DNA of 44,568 bases from the IMG/VR virus record IMGVR_UViG_2740892423_000027; one strand, given 5' to 3'. Origin of the DNA: a virus (taxonomy: Duplodnaviria > Heunggongvirae > Uroviricota > Caudoviricetes). Within the stretch, counting starts at the first letter, position 1, and every line of letters begins with the position of its first letter. A program made the position numbers and the translations under genes. Shown piece by piece: positions 30,011-38,202 of the stretch. The notes under the pieces are model-generated. The model searched no databases. It saw nothing but the letters and a program-made list of their open reading frames with translations, and had not been told where the DNA came from.

Positions 30011-30718
30011 ATGGATTTGAACAAATTCGATGAGCCATTCAGCCCTGAAGATATCGAATGGCGAATACAGCAAAGCGGTAAAACACGCGATGGCAAGGTG
30101 TGGGCTATGGTGCTGGCTTATGTCACGAACCGGGCAATCATGAAACGCCTGGACGATGTTTGCGGCAAAGCAGGATGGCGCAATGAATACCGCGATATTC
30201 CCAACAACGGCGGCGTTGAATGCGGCATATCAATAAAGATTGATTCCGAATGGGTAACCAAATGGGATGCTGCTGAAAACACGCAGGTAGAAGCCGTAAA
30301 AGGTGGTCGTTCCGGTGCAATGAAGCGCGCTGCCGTTCAGTGGGGAATCGGTCGGTATCTGTATAACCTTGAGGAAGGTTTCGCACAAACATCTCTCGAT
30401 AAAAAGCAGGGGTGGCACAGGGCAAAACTGAAGGATGGAACAGGATTTTACTGGCTCCCTCCATCGCTGCCGGGATGGGCAACCCCAGCATCAGATAACA
30501 AACCATCACCAGAAAATACCAACCAGAAATCTCCATCGGTTGATTGCGAACAAATCCTGAAAGACTTCAGCGATTATGCATCGAAAGAAACTGACAAGAA
30601 AAAACTCATCGAGCGTTATCAGCGTGACTGGCAATTAATGGCTGGCAATGAGGATGCGCAGGCTAAATGCGTTCAGGTAATGAACATCAGAGTTAACGAA
30701 CTAAAACAGGCGGCATAA
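30011..30718 (+). CDS. Rad52-like single-strand annealing protein (Sak-type recombinase)
   Basis: 235 aa; YVTNRAIMKRLDDVCGKAGWRNEY resembles the Rad52/Rad22 signature; followed directly by SSB and exonuclease. Confidence 0.55.
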   Translation: MDLNKFDEPFSPEDIEWRIQQSGKTRDGKVWAMVLAYVTNRAIMKRLDDVCGKAGWRNEYRDIPNNGGVECGISIKIDSEWVTKWDAAENTQVEAVKGGRSGAMKRAAVQWGIGRYLYNLEEGFAQTSLDKKQGWHRAKLKDGTGFYWLPPSLPGWATPASDNKPSPENTNQKSPSVDCEQILKDFSDYASKETDKKKLIERYQRDWQLMAGNEDAQAKCVQVMNIRVNELKQAA

Positions 30719-31225
30719 ATGGCAAGCAGAGGCGTAAATAAGGTGATTATCCTTGGTCGGGTAGGACAAGACCCGGAAGTTCGATACTCACCATCAGGAA
30801 CAGCGTTCGCTAACCTGACAATAGCCACGTCAGAACAATGGCGAGATAAAAATACTGGCGAGCAAAAGGAATTGACTGAATGGCATCGTGTTGCTGTATC
30901 CGGGAAACTGGCTGAGGTCGTGGGGCAGTATGTGAAAAAAGGTGATCAGATTTATTTCGAGGGAATGCTGAGAACCAGAAAGTGGAAAGACCAGTCAGGG
31001 CAAGACCGTTACACAACCGAGGTTCATGTCGGAATTAATGGCGTGATGCAAATGCTTGGCGGAATTGGCGACAGCAAACAACAAGCAGCCAGCAGGCAAT
31101 CACAGAAGCCACAGCAGCAATCATCACCAGCACAACACAACGAACCTCCGATGGATTTTGACGACGATATACCCTTTGCACCAGTAACTCTCCCCTTCCC
31201 TCGTCACGCTATTCACGCAATTTAA
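30719..31225 (+). CDS. ssb: Single-stranded DNA-binding protein
   Basis: 168 aa; OB-fold N-terminus [23 protein letters not shown], Gln/Pro-rich linker and acidic tail DFDDDIPF. Confidence 0.9.
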   Translation: MASRGVNKVIILGRVGQDPEVRYSPSGTAFANLTIATSEQWRDKNTGEQKELTEWHRVAVSGKLAEVVGQYVKKGDQIYFEGMLRTRKWKDQSGQDRYTTEVHVGINGVMQMLGGIGDSKQQAASRQSQKPQQQSSPAQHNEPPMDFDDDIPFAPVTLPFPRHAIHAI

Positions 31226-31233
31226 GGACTTAC

Positions 31234-31782
31234 ATGAATCACTTAATGGTTGACCTTGAAACAATGGGCAACGGGCCATATGCGCCAGTTATTTCTATTG
31301 GGGCGGTATTCTTTGACCCGAATACCGGAGAAACAGGAGAAGAGTTCTCGGTAAATATCTCGCTTGAGTCATCAATGCGATATCGGGCGCGTCCTGACGC
31401 TTCAACGATTTTATGGTGGATGGAACAGAGTGAAGAAGCCAGAAAATCGCTAACCAGCAACACTCAAGAGCTTTCAACGGCTCTTTCATGGTTATCTGAA
31501 TTCATCATAAAGAACGCCAACCACAAACTCGTTCAGGTTTGGGGGAATGGAGCATCATTTGACTGCGTTATTCTCCGCAACAGTTATTCGCTGACAGGGC
31601 AGCCAGTTCCGTGGCAGTGGTGGAATGACCGCGACGTAAGAACAATCGTCGAACTTGGGAAGGCAATAGGATTCGACCCTAAGCGAGATATGCCATTCAA
31701 AGGAACTCGCCACAACGCGCTTGATGATGCCATCCACCAAGCCAAATACGTTTCAGCGATCTGGAAAAAGTTAGCTAAATAA
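31234..31782 (+). CDS. DEDDh-type 3'-5' exonuclease (DnaQ-like)
   Basis: 182 aa; N-terminal MVDLETMG (Exo I D-x-E) and C-terminal HNALDDA motifs. Confidence 0.7.
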   Translation: MNHLMVDLETMGNGPYAPVISIGAVFFDPNTGETGEEFSVNISLESSMRYRARPDASTILWWMEQSEEARKSLTSNTQELSTALSWLSEFIIKNANHKLVQVWGNGASFDCVILRNSYSLTGQPVPWQWWNDRDVRTIVELGKAIGFDPKRDMPFKGTRHNALDDAIHQAKYVSAIWKKLAK

Positions 31783-31798
31783 TCAACAGGAGAAAACC

Positions 31799-32095
31799 AT
31801 GCCAGCGCCTCTATATGGTGCGGACGACGCGCGCCGCTGTTCCGGCAATTCCGTATCGGAGGTGCTGGATAAATTCAGAAAAAACTACGACCTGATAATG
31901 TCGCTACCGCAGGAAACGAAAGAGGAAAAGGAATTTCGTCATTGTATATGGCTTGCAGAGAAACAAGAACGCGAGCGAATTTACCAGACATCAATCCGAC
32001 CATTCCGCAAAGCCACATATACCAACTTCCCTGAATATATCGACCCGCGTCTGCGTAATTACCGCTCACGCTATGGCGCTATCAGTAATGACTGA
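31799..32095 (+). CDS. Hypothetical protein
   Basis: 98-aa ORF with AGGAGAAAACC upstream. Confidence 0.4.
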   Translation: MPAPLYGADDARRCSGNSVSEVLDKFRKNYDLIMSLPQETKEEKEFRHCIWLAEKQERERIYQTSIRPFRKATYTNFPEYIDPRLRNYRSRYGAISND

Positions 32096-32105
32096 GGAAT
32101 TTACC

Positions 32106-32273
32106 ATGAGAGGACTTGCATACAATCCCGGCATTCTTCCAGCAGAAATGATTATTCGCCAACGCGTAAAGCCAATGCCATCGAGAGAGGAATTGCTTAA
32201 GAGAAATTCTTTTCCATCAGTGAATCAAAACAAATATCTGAATGCGATGTGGCGTAAAGGAGGCAACCAGTGA
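32106..32273 (+). CDS. Hypothetical small protein (55 aa)
   Basis: ATG at 32106; stop overlaps start of Ea22-like gene. Confidence 0.3.
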   Translation: MRGLAYNPGILPAEMIIRQRVKPMPSREELLKRNSFPSVNQNKYLNAMWRKGGNQ

Positions 32274-33061
32274 GCGAGATTAATTACCAGGCACTGCGTG
32301 AGGCCGCAGAGAAGGCTACGAAAGGTCAGTGGGCTGTTGAATTCGACGATGAGATTTACTCCACTGACGGCGTGAACCATGAGCAAATAGCTATGGTGTT
32401 CAGTGAAAACGAATCGCGTGATGCTGCTTTCATCGCCGCAGCCAATCCGGCTACCGTCTTGGCGCTACTGGATGAACTGGAAAGAAACCAGCAATACATC
32501 AAACGCCGCGACCAGGAGAACGAGGATATTGCGCTAACGGTAGGGAAACTGCGTGTTGAGCTGGAAGGCAAAGACAGCAAAATAGCCAATCTCACCGCCG
32601 AACGCGATGCTCTTCGTGAAGGTGAGATGGGCGACGCTAGGCATAGCAACACACGGTCCGCAGCTGATATCTACTTCCAACTGGTCGAGGAGTGCGAAAT
32701 TCCTGCTGGCGGATCTCTGGTCGAGTACGTTGATGATATGCGCGAGAAGCTGGAAGCCGCAGAGAAGCGCATTGCAGAACTGGAAGCCGAACCTGTAAGC
32801 CAAACTTACAAGTTGAACGAGCTGTCTGGCAATTCTCCGGTAACTCCGGATGGTTGGATAAGCTGTAGTGAGCGAATGCCGAATACCAAAACAGCCGTTC
32901 TTGTTGCCGTGGAGTTTGACAGGAAAGGTGACTGGCGAATGAAATGGGCTACTTACATCCCGGGGCATCCTGACGCTAATGATGGGTGGATAATTCCTGG
33001 TGCGTCGTGGAAACCGTCACACTGGATGCCGCTACCAGAACCGCCGCAGGAGGCAAAATGA
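32270..33061 (+). CDS. Ea22-like protein with DUF551-like C-terminal domain
   Basis: 263 aa; N-terminus [23 protein letters not shown] typical of Ead/Ea22 proteins; coiled-coil middle; C-terminal [17 protein letters not shown]. Confidence 0.6.
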   Translation: MSEINYQALREAAEKATKGQWAVEFDDEIYSTDGVNHEQIAMVFSENESRDAAFIAAANPATVLALLDELERNQQYIKRRDQENEDIALTVGKLRVELEGKDSKIANLTAERDALREGEMGDARHSNTRSAADIYFQLVEECEIPAGGSLVEYVDDMREKLEAAEKRIAELEAEPVSQTYKLNELSGNSPVTPDGWISCSERMPNTKTAVLVAVEFDRKGDWRMKWATYIPGHPDANDGWIIPGASWKPSHWMPLPEPPQEAK

Positions 33062-33318
33062 TGGATGTAAAAGAGAAGGTTTTGCAGGTGATGCGTTCCC
33101 GTTCTGCCCTGCAAGAGAAAGCTCTCGGCGGGGAATATCCATTCACGATAGCAACCTGGAATCTGCGGTTGGCAATGGAGAAGGAATTTCCTGATGAAGA
33201 ATGGTGTTCGGCAGATTTGCGCAAAATTCTTATGGAGCTGGCTAAAGACGGAGCAGTATCCAAAGATACCCATGCCAGCCGGATTGGTCAGGCGGTATGG
33301 AGACTGGAGGTGCGGTAA
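33058..33318 (+). CDS. Hypothetical protein (86 aa)
   Basis: ATG at 33058 overlapping upstream stop. Confidence 0.4.
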   Translation: MMDVKEKVLQVMRSRSALQEKALGGEYPFTIATWNLRLAMEKEFPDEEWCSADLRKILMELAKDGAVSKDTHASRIGQAVWRLEVR

Positions 33319-33425
33319 TGGCTAACCTGCAACTTGCCGTCAAAGGTGAATAACAATCCTCGAACTCGCGGGGATTTCTTTTATCTGAGCTCGCTACGGC
33401 GAGTTTTGTTTTATGGAGATGATAA

Positions 33426-33593
33426 ATGCACTTCCGAGTCACAGGTGAATGGAATGGAGAACCATTCAACAGAGTTATCGAAGCCGAGAACATCAACGAC
33501 TGCTATGACCACTGGATGCTGTGGGCGCAGATAGCACATGCAGACGTAACCAATATTCGAATTGAAGAACTGAAAGAACACCAAGCCGCCTGA
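33426..33593 (+). CDS. Hypothetical small protein (55 aa)
   Basis: Manually translated MHFRVTGEWNGEPFNRVIEAENINDCYDHWMLWAQIAHADVTNIRIEELKEHQAA; terminator overlaps stop. Confidence 0.3.
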   Translation: MHFRVTGEWNGEPFNRVIEAENINDCYDHWMLWAQIAHADVTNIRIEELKEHQAA

Positions 33594-33607
33594 TGGCGGT
33601 TTTTTAT
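33584..33607 (+). terminator. Rho-independent terminator
   Basis: GCCGCC-TGAT-GGCGG hairpin followed by TTTTTTATT. Confidence 0.7.
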
Positions 33608-33650
33608 TACCTGATTTGCAGGTTCGATTCCCTATTCGGAGATAGCACTC

Positions 33651-33851
33651 ATGCAACACGAACTACAGCCTGATTCCCTGGTTGATTTGAAATTCATCAT
33701 GGCCGATACTGGCTTCGGTAAAACCTTCATCTATGACCGGATTAAGTCCGGAGACCTGCCTAAAGCCAAAGTTATCCACGGGCGAGCAAGATGGTTATAT
33801 CGTGACCATTGTGAATTCAAAAATAAGCTCTTAAGCCGCGCCAATGGGTAA
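33651..33851 (+). CDS. Excisionase / AlpA-family small DNA-binding protein (putative Xis)
   Basis: 66 aa; FIMADTGFGKTFIYDRIKSGDLPKAKVIHGRARWLYRDHCEF fits AlpA/Xis-type HTH pattern; directly upstream of integrase. Confidence 0.5.
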   Translation: MQHELQPDSLVDLKFIMADTGFGKTFIYDRIKSGDLPKAKVIHGRARWLYRDHCEFKNKLLSRANG

Positions 33852-33900
33852 AATAGCGGGTAAAATATTTCTCACATCTAAAAAACACCATTCCAATCAA

Positions 33901-33934
33901 TCCCCTGCTGCTTCAAGTAGATGTCTGCAGGGGA
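33901..33934. repeat. Inverted repeat TCCCCTGC..GCAGGGGA in xis-int intergenic region
   Basis: 8-bp perfect arms with 18-nt loop; no T-run following. Confidence 0.5.
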
Positions 33935-34050
33935 CACTTTAAAGACCTTTCTCTACATTTCACTTCATTACATAACCACTTAAAAAACAGTAATTTATCA
34001 CCGAATCGGCCTGATTTTCATTTCAGTTAATTTCATGACATTACAACCTC

Positions 34051-34100
34051 GTGATGGTATAAGTGATGGTATTCCCCAGTTCGATATGCAGATACCATCA
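34051..34100. promoter_or_regulatory. GTGATGGTAT repeats (2 direct, 1 inverted) immediately upstream of int: candidate Int/regulator binding sites
   Basis: GTGATGGTAT at 34051-34060 and 34063-34072; inverted ATACCATCA at 34092-34100; int ATG at 34111. Confidence 0.45.
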
Positions 34101-34110
34101 ATTTACCAAA

Positions 34111-35397
34111 ATGAGTACAGATATGGCCATTAATGTGCTTTCCCCCAAACAGATAGAAAACGCCAAGCCGAAGACCAATGATTACAAACTTACCGATGGA
34201 GGGAGTTTGTATCTACTGGTACGAAAGACTGGTGGAAAATACTGGCGTATGAATTATCGTTTTGATGGAAAACAAGTGACATTGGCATTAGGGGTCTACC
34301 CAGATGTCTCACTTGCAACAGCGCGGAAACGGCGTGATGAAGCCAGGCAACTACTAGCCGATGGTCGTGATCCTCGCGAAGCAAAGAAACCCAAAAAGGA
34401 AGACCCAATTTCCCCCACGTTCGAGAGTGTTGCCAGAGAGTGGCATAGTGGAACGATGGGGCATCCTGAGTGGAAAGAGATCACCCGTAAAAAAATTCTC
34501 CGAGAAATGGAAAACCACCTCTTTCCTGCCATCGGTTCAAAGCCTATCGATACGCTCAAAACCCGTGACTTGATGCCGATGCTGGTTGAGATGACTGAGA
34601 AAGGAATTGGTGCCACAACGAGCCGGGTAAAAACCACTATGACGAGCATCTTCCGTTATGCCGTGCAACGTGGAATTGTCGATTACAACCCTGCCCACGA
34701 TCTAAAAGGTGCAATTACGGCCCCCAAAGTACGACATCGCCCCGCACTACCTCTCGAACGTTTACCTGAACTGTTAGCGAAAACGAGAAGTTACACGGGA
34801 AGACCATTGACTCGCCTAGCAGTTCTCTTTTCCCTGCACACTTTTGTGCGATCCAGCGAACTACGACATGCCAGATGGGAGGAGATCGACATTGAAAATG
34901 GGCTATGGACGATACCAGGACAACGTGAAGAGATCGCAGGGGTTAAATTCTCAGATCGGGGTGCAAAGATGGGGGCTGCTCATTATGTCCCGCTATCTAG
35001 TCAGGCTATCGGGGTACTGGAGGATATAAGGAAAATCAGTGGTGAATATCTGCTGGTTTTCCCCGGTGACAGCAACCCATATAAACCGATGAGCGAAAAC
35101 ACAGTTAATAAAGCACTGCGAACGATGGGTTACGACACTCAAACTGATGTATGCTTGCATGGGTTCAGGGCGATGGCCTGCTCTGCACTGACCGAATCAG
35201 GACTCTGGTCACGCGATGCAGTTGAACGGCAGATGAGTCACCAAGAAAGAAACGAAGTGCGGGCAGCATATGTGCATCTTGCGCAGCACATGCAGGAACG
35301 CCGCAGAATGATGCAATGGTGGTCTAATTATCTGGAACTAAATAAGGACGAATTTCATGCTCCTTATGACTTATCAGGTATTAACATTATCAATTAA
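34111..35397 (+). CDS. int: Tyrosine integrase, P4/CP4-57 type with N-terminal arm-binding domain
   Basis: N-terminus AKPKTNDYKLTDGGSLYLLVRKTGGKYWRMNYRFDGK (DUF4102-type); C-terminal catalytic region with HGFRAMACSAL and RAAYVH...; start 34111 or 34123. Confidence 0.9.
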   Translation: MSTDMAINVLSPKQIENAKPKTNDYKLTDGGSLYLLVRKTGGKYWRMNYRFDGKQVTLALGVYPDVSLATARKRRDEARQLLADGRDPREAKKPKKEDPISPTFESVAREWHSGTMGHPEWKEITRKKILREMENHLFPAIGSKPIDTLKTRDLMPMLVEMTEKGIGATTSRVKTTMTSIFRYAVQRGIVDYNPAHDLKGAITAPKVRHRPALPLERLPELLAKTRSYTGRPLTRLAVLFSLHTFVRSSELRHARWEEIDIENGLWTIPGQREEIAGVKFSDRGAKMGAAHYVPLSSQAIGVLEDIRKISGEYLLVFPGDSNPYKPMSENTVNKALRTMGYDTQTDVCLHGFRAMACSALTESGLWSRDAVERQMSHQERNEVRAAYVHLAQHMQERRRMMQWWSNYLELNKDEFHAPYDLSGINIIN

Positions 35398-35427
35398 ATA
35401 CTCTTATAATTTAAAACAGAGGTCATA

Positions 35428-36309
35428 ATGCAGCATTCAACAGAGAATGAAACTATATTCTTAGGAAATCTATGGATTGACAAAAAAATACCACCATTAG
35501 AATATTGTTCATTTGAACGCGCTTCAAGATTATTAGAATGCGAGATTGATGATTTATTACACCTATACGAAATAGGCGCTTTTAATATCGCATTCAAGGC
35601 GGATGGACTTGCAGTTAGATTTAATGTTAATTTCCTCAATAAAAATCAGAAAATGGAAATTGACTTAATTCATCCCGTATTAACTAATCAATCACTAGAG
35701 ATGGAGTTTTCAACAATATGGTATGACCTTAAAGATGATTCCTTTGAACATTTTGAAAATGGGCTTCAAATTATAGGATTTGCCTGTGGTATTTGGTACG
35801 CCGATGATATGATAAGTGACATAAAAAATGGATTAGCTATAGATCCAGATTATGAATTCAGGCTTAAACCGGTAAAAATACGAGATAATGTTTTGATGGC
35901 AACGGCCTCATATGAAGGAAATAAGGTCATTGATATTCCATTTGAAGATCTTCTTATCATGCGAAGAGATTTAGAGTTAATATGGAAATCAGTAAAAACT
36001 GGAATTCCTATGCCAAGTTTACTTACGAAAAGAATTTCATCTGAACCTAAAATCCCCAAGCGATTAAATAACACTGCTGAGCATCATGCAAAAAATAGGG
36101 AGGGGTTATTAAATGCAGCCATATATATTTTAGCAAAATACCCAAGCGAATGTCGTGGTGAAAGAAAAGAGATAAGTCCTGAAAAGTGGACTAACGCCAT
36201 AATTAAACATTTAGGAGAGCTACCTCCAATATTTATCACTAATGAACAAGAAATCTTAAGAAAATTACGATTAGCGGTTAATCATGCGGGGTTAAAACAA
36301 AAGGGGTAG
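35428..36309 (+). CDS. Hypothetical AT-rich cargo protein (293 aa) between int and alpA
   Basis: Starts 31 nt after int stop, AGAGG upstream; strongly AT-rich; no recognisable motif. Confidence 0.55.
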   Translation: MQHSTENETIFLGNLWIDKKIPPLEYCSFERASRLLECEIDDLLHLYEIGAFNIAFKADGLAVRFNVNFLNKNQKMEIDLIHPVLTNQSLEMEFSTIWYDLKDDSFEHFENGLQIIGFACGIWYADDMISDIKNGLAIDPDYEFRLKPVKIRDNVLMATASYEGNKVIDIPFEDLLIMRRDLELIWKSVKTGIPMPSLLTKRISSEPKIPKRLNNTAEHHAKNREGLLNAAIYILAKYPSECRGERKEISPEKWTNAIIKHLGELPPIFITNEQEILRKLRLAVNHAGLKQKG

Positions 36310-36411
36310 ACTGAAACAATCTACAGGTAGAGTTGATTACACTACCTTCACAGCATTTTGATATCCCCATAGTATCTGCCGTGTTCATTACATAACACGG
36401 CAGGTAATTTC

Positions 36412-36627
36412 ATGACATTAAAAACTTATCCTATCACTGGACATGCCCGCCCACGAGCTACTGCTGACTTTTTGCAAATAAGTACGGTTACTCTCTGGCG
36501 CTGGGAAAAGAACAATCCTGAATTTCCCAAATCTATACGCATTTCAAAACGGGTATCTGTTTACGATGCACAAGAAATTAGGCAGTGGGTTAAAGCTCAA
36601 TCAGCAGGATTGGAGGAAGTAGTGTAA
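36412..36627 (+). CDS. alpA: AlpA-family transcriptional regulator (prophage CP4-57-type)
   Basis: 71 aa; FLQISTVTLWRWEKNNPEFPKSIRISKRVSVYDAQEIRQWV matches AlpA HTH pattern. Confidence 0.8.
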   Translation: MTLKTYPITGHARPRATADFLQISTVTLWRWEKNNPEFPKSIRISKRVSVYDAQEIRQWVKAQSAGLEEVV

Positions 36628-36676
36628 TGACAATATTAACAAAGCTGGGGAGAAAAAAGCCTCCCCAACGTATTAA

Positions 36677-36871
36677 TCAATTCTTTGGTTCTAAACCTCG
36701 GCTTTGTAACTCTTTGCGTAGAATGCGCTTGATCCAAGCCGCTAGCGATTCATCGCCATCCTGCTGTTGTGCTTGTTCCATCAGTTCACGCAGTTCAGGG
36801 TCAAGTCGGAACTGGAATGGCGGATTCCCACGTCTTTCATTTTTGTGTGTTGACACGTCAATTACACCCAT
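36677..36871 (-). CDS. Small ribbon-helix-helix-like DNA-binding protein (putative satellite repressor)
   Basis: 64 aa; PFQFRLDPELRELMEQAQ...ESLAAWIKRILRKEL resembles RHH strand-helix-helix; divergent from rightward operon; weak RBS. Confidence 0.4.
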   Translation of the reverse strand: MGVIDVSTHKNERRGNPPFQFRLDPELRELMEQAQQQDGDESLAAWIKRILRKELQSRGLEPKN

Positions 36872-36904
36872 TGTAATGTATTTATGTGTAATGACACATT
36901 ACAC
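36850..36904 (+). promoter_or_regulatory. Sigma70-like promoter (TTGACA, 18 nt, TAATGT) with adjacent palindrome GTGTAATG-ACA-CATTACAC (operator candidate) for satellite rightward operon
   Basis: -35 TTGACA at 36850-36855, -10-like at 36874-36879; palindrome 36886-36904; a third ATTACAC copy at 36861-36867. Confidence 0.45.
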
Positions 36905-37537
36905 ACAGAAAAACAAAATAGCAACGCCCCGGAGTGTTTGCAGCAGCACCGAGGCGTCTGACCAGCACGTTATATGAGGTAACGAAGATGGCTAAACAGA
37001 AGTGTACCTGGTTATTTGCGGCGATCAACCGCAGTCAACGTAATGCCCGTCCGGTGATGTTAAGGATCATCGCAGATAACGAACGATCAGCGCGGCGCAG
37101 ACTTGCCCCGGACTATGTACTGAGCTTTGCCGGGCGCATTCCCTGCGGAGGTGAACATGCGTAATTATCCGCACCCCGGCGAACGCTGGCAGCATGAACG
37201 TGGCTGGACGGTCACGATTATCCGATTAATAGAAGCCTGGCGCTGGTTAATCCTGAATTCAGCTGTGAAGTGCTGATACGTCATGACAGCGACAACCAGC
37301 TATCCTCCTGCCCTCTGGCATGGTTTGAACAGCGGTATACGCGCCTGTTTGATGTACCGCTCTTTAAGCCTGCACCAGCTCCTGCAGGCGGTAGTGGTTC
37401 CGGCCCGCTGACACTGCATCCGTCTGTGCTATTTATCCGCTGGCGGGAGCGTAGCATATGGCGCTCTGCTGAGCCTGACGACGGTCACTATTCAAAGTTT
37501 CTCTGACAAAATACCGCTGAAAACGGAGTAATCCACG

Positions 37538-37822
37538 ATGAATATTTCAAACGGGCACAACGGTGCTCAGGGCCACACTTTGCCTGAAAAACACAATACC
37601 GGTGCTTTTGCCTATGGGTTGTCAGAGGACAGTTTCGGAAAGCTGACCCGCGCAAGAAATGCCTGCGACATGCTCCAGCTTCTCTTTTCTGAATACCCGT
37701 CTCAGGCCGGAGCACTGGACGCTGGCTGTGCGCATGGTGTCGCCGCGCTGATGGAGTACCTGCTGGCAGATTTGACGGATATTGCACACAGCTGCGCACT
37801 GATTGAAGGAGGTGCCAGATGA
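37538..37822 (+). CDS. Hypothetical protein, first of three translationally coupled genes ending in primase
   Basis: 94-aa ORF; stop overlaps next start (ATGA) at 37819-37822. Confidence 0.45.
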   Translation: MNISNGHNGAQGHTLPEKHNTGAFAYGLSEDSFGKLTRARNACDMLQLLFSEYPSQAGALDAGCAHGVAALMEYLLADLTDIAHSCALIEGGAR

Positions 37823-38202
37823 ACCAGCCGCAGGTTTCCATTTTCCCGGCAGAAATGACCACCGCGCTTTACCGGCGGGCTATTGCTTCAGCATGGCGGC
37901 AGAAAATGCTGAACGAAACTGGCAGTGATCAGTATGGTCCGCACAGCCTGACGGTGGAGCGTATTGAAATGGCCATTGCGCTGCATATCGAGTGCGTACT
38001 GATTAACGAGTACGGCGAAGTGCAGGGCGCCGCTGCCGCGCTGGCACTGCTGACTGACATGCTGGAGCCGTCACTGCTGACCGCGCCGCCGGTACTGACC
38101 GCGCGCGGCTGTGAAGTGATGGCGGAGATGTACCGCACGCTTCCGGCGGCCTTTGATGACTTCTGCAGTACCGGTGTGACGTTGTATGAGGGGGAAGTAT
38201 GA
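37819..38202 (+). CDS. Hypothetical protein upstream of primase (epsilon position)
   Basis: 127-aa ORF; ATGA overlap with both neighbours. Confidence 0.45.
   Translation: MNQPQVSIFPAEMTTALYRRAIASAWRQKMLNETGSDQYGPHSLTVERIEMAIALHIECVLINEYGEVQGAAAALALLTDMLEPSLLTAPPVLTARGCEVMAEMYRTLPAAFDDFCSTGVTLYEGEV

Noticed and set aside
33852-34062. tRNA or tmRNA 3' fragment expected as att core next to the P4-type integrase
   Set aside because: No T-arm-like GGTTCGA.TCC or CCA-terminated acceptor segment found by eye here or at 35398-35427; att site remains unidentified.
36627-37506. Small plus-strand ORFs (36627-36977, 36934-37164, 37270-37506) between alpA and the primase operon
   Set aside because: 36627-36977 overlaps the promoter/operator region and the divergent RHH-like gene; the others have uncertain starts and Arg/Ala/Pro-rich composition; cannot distinguish from chance ORFs.
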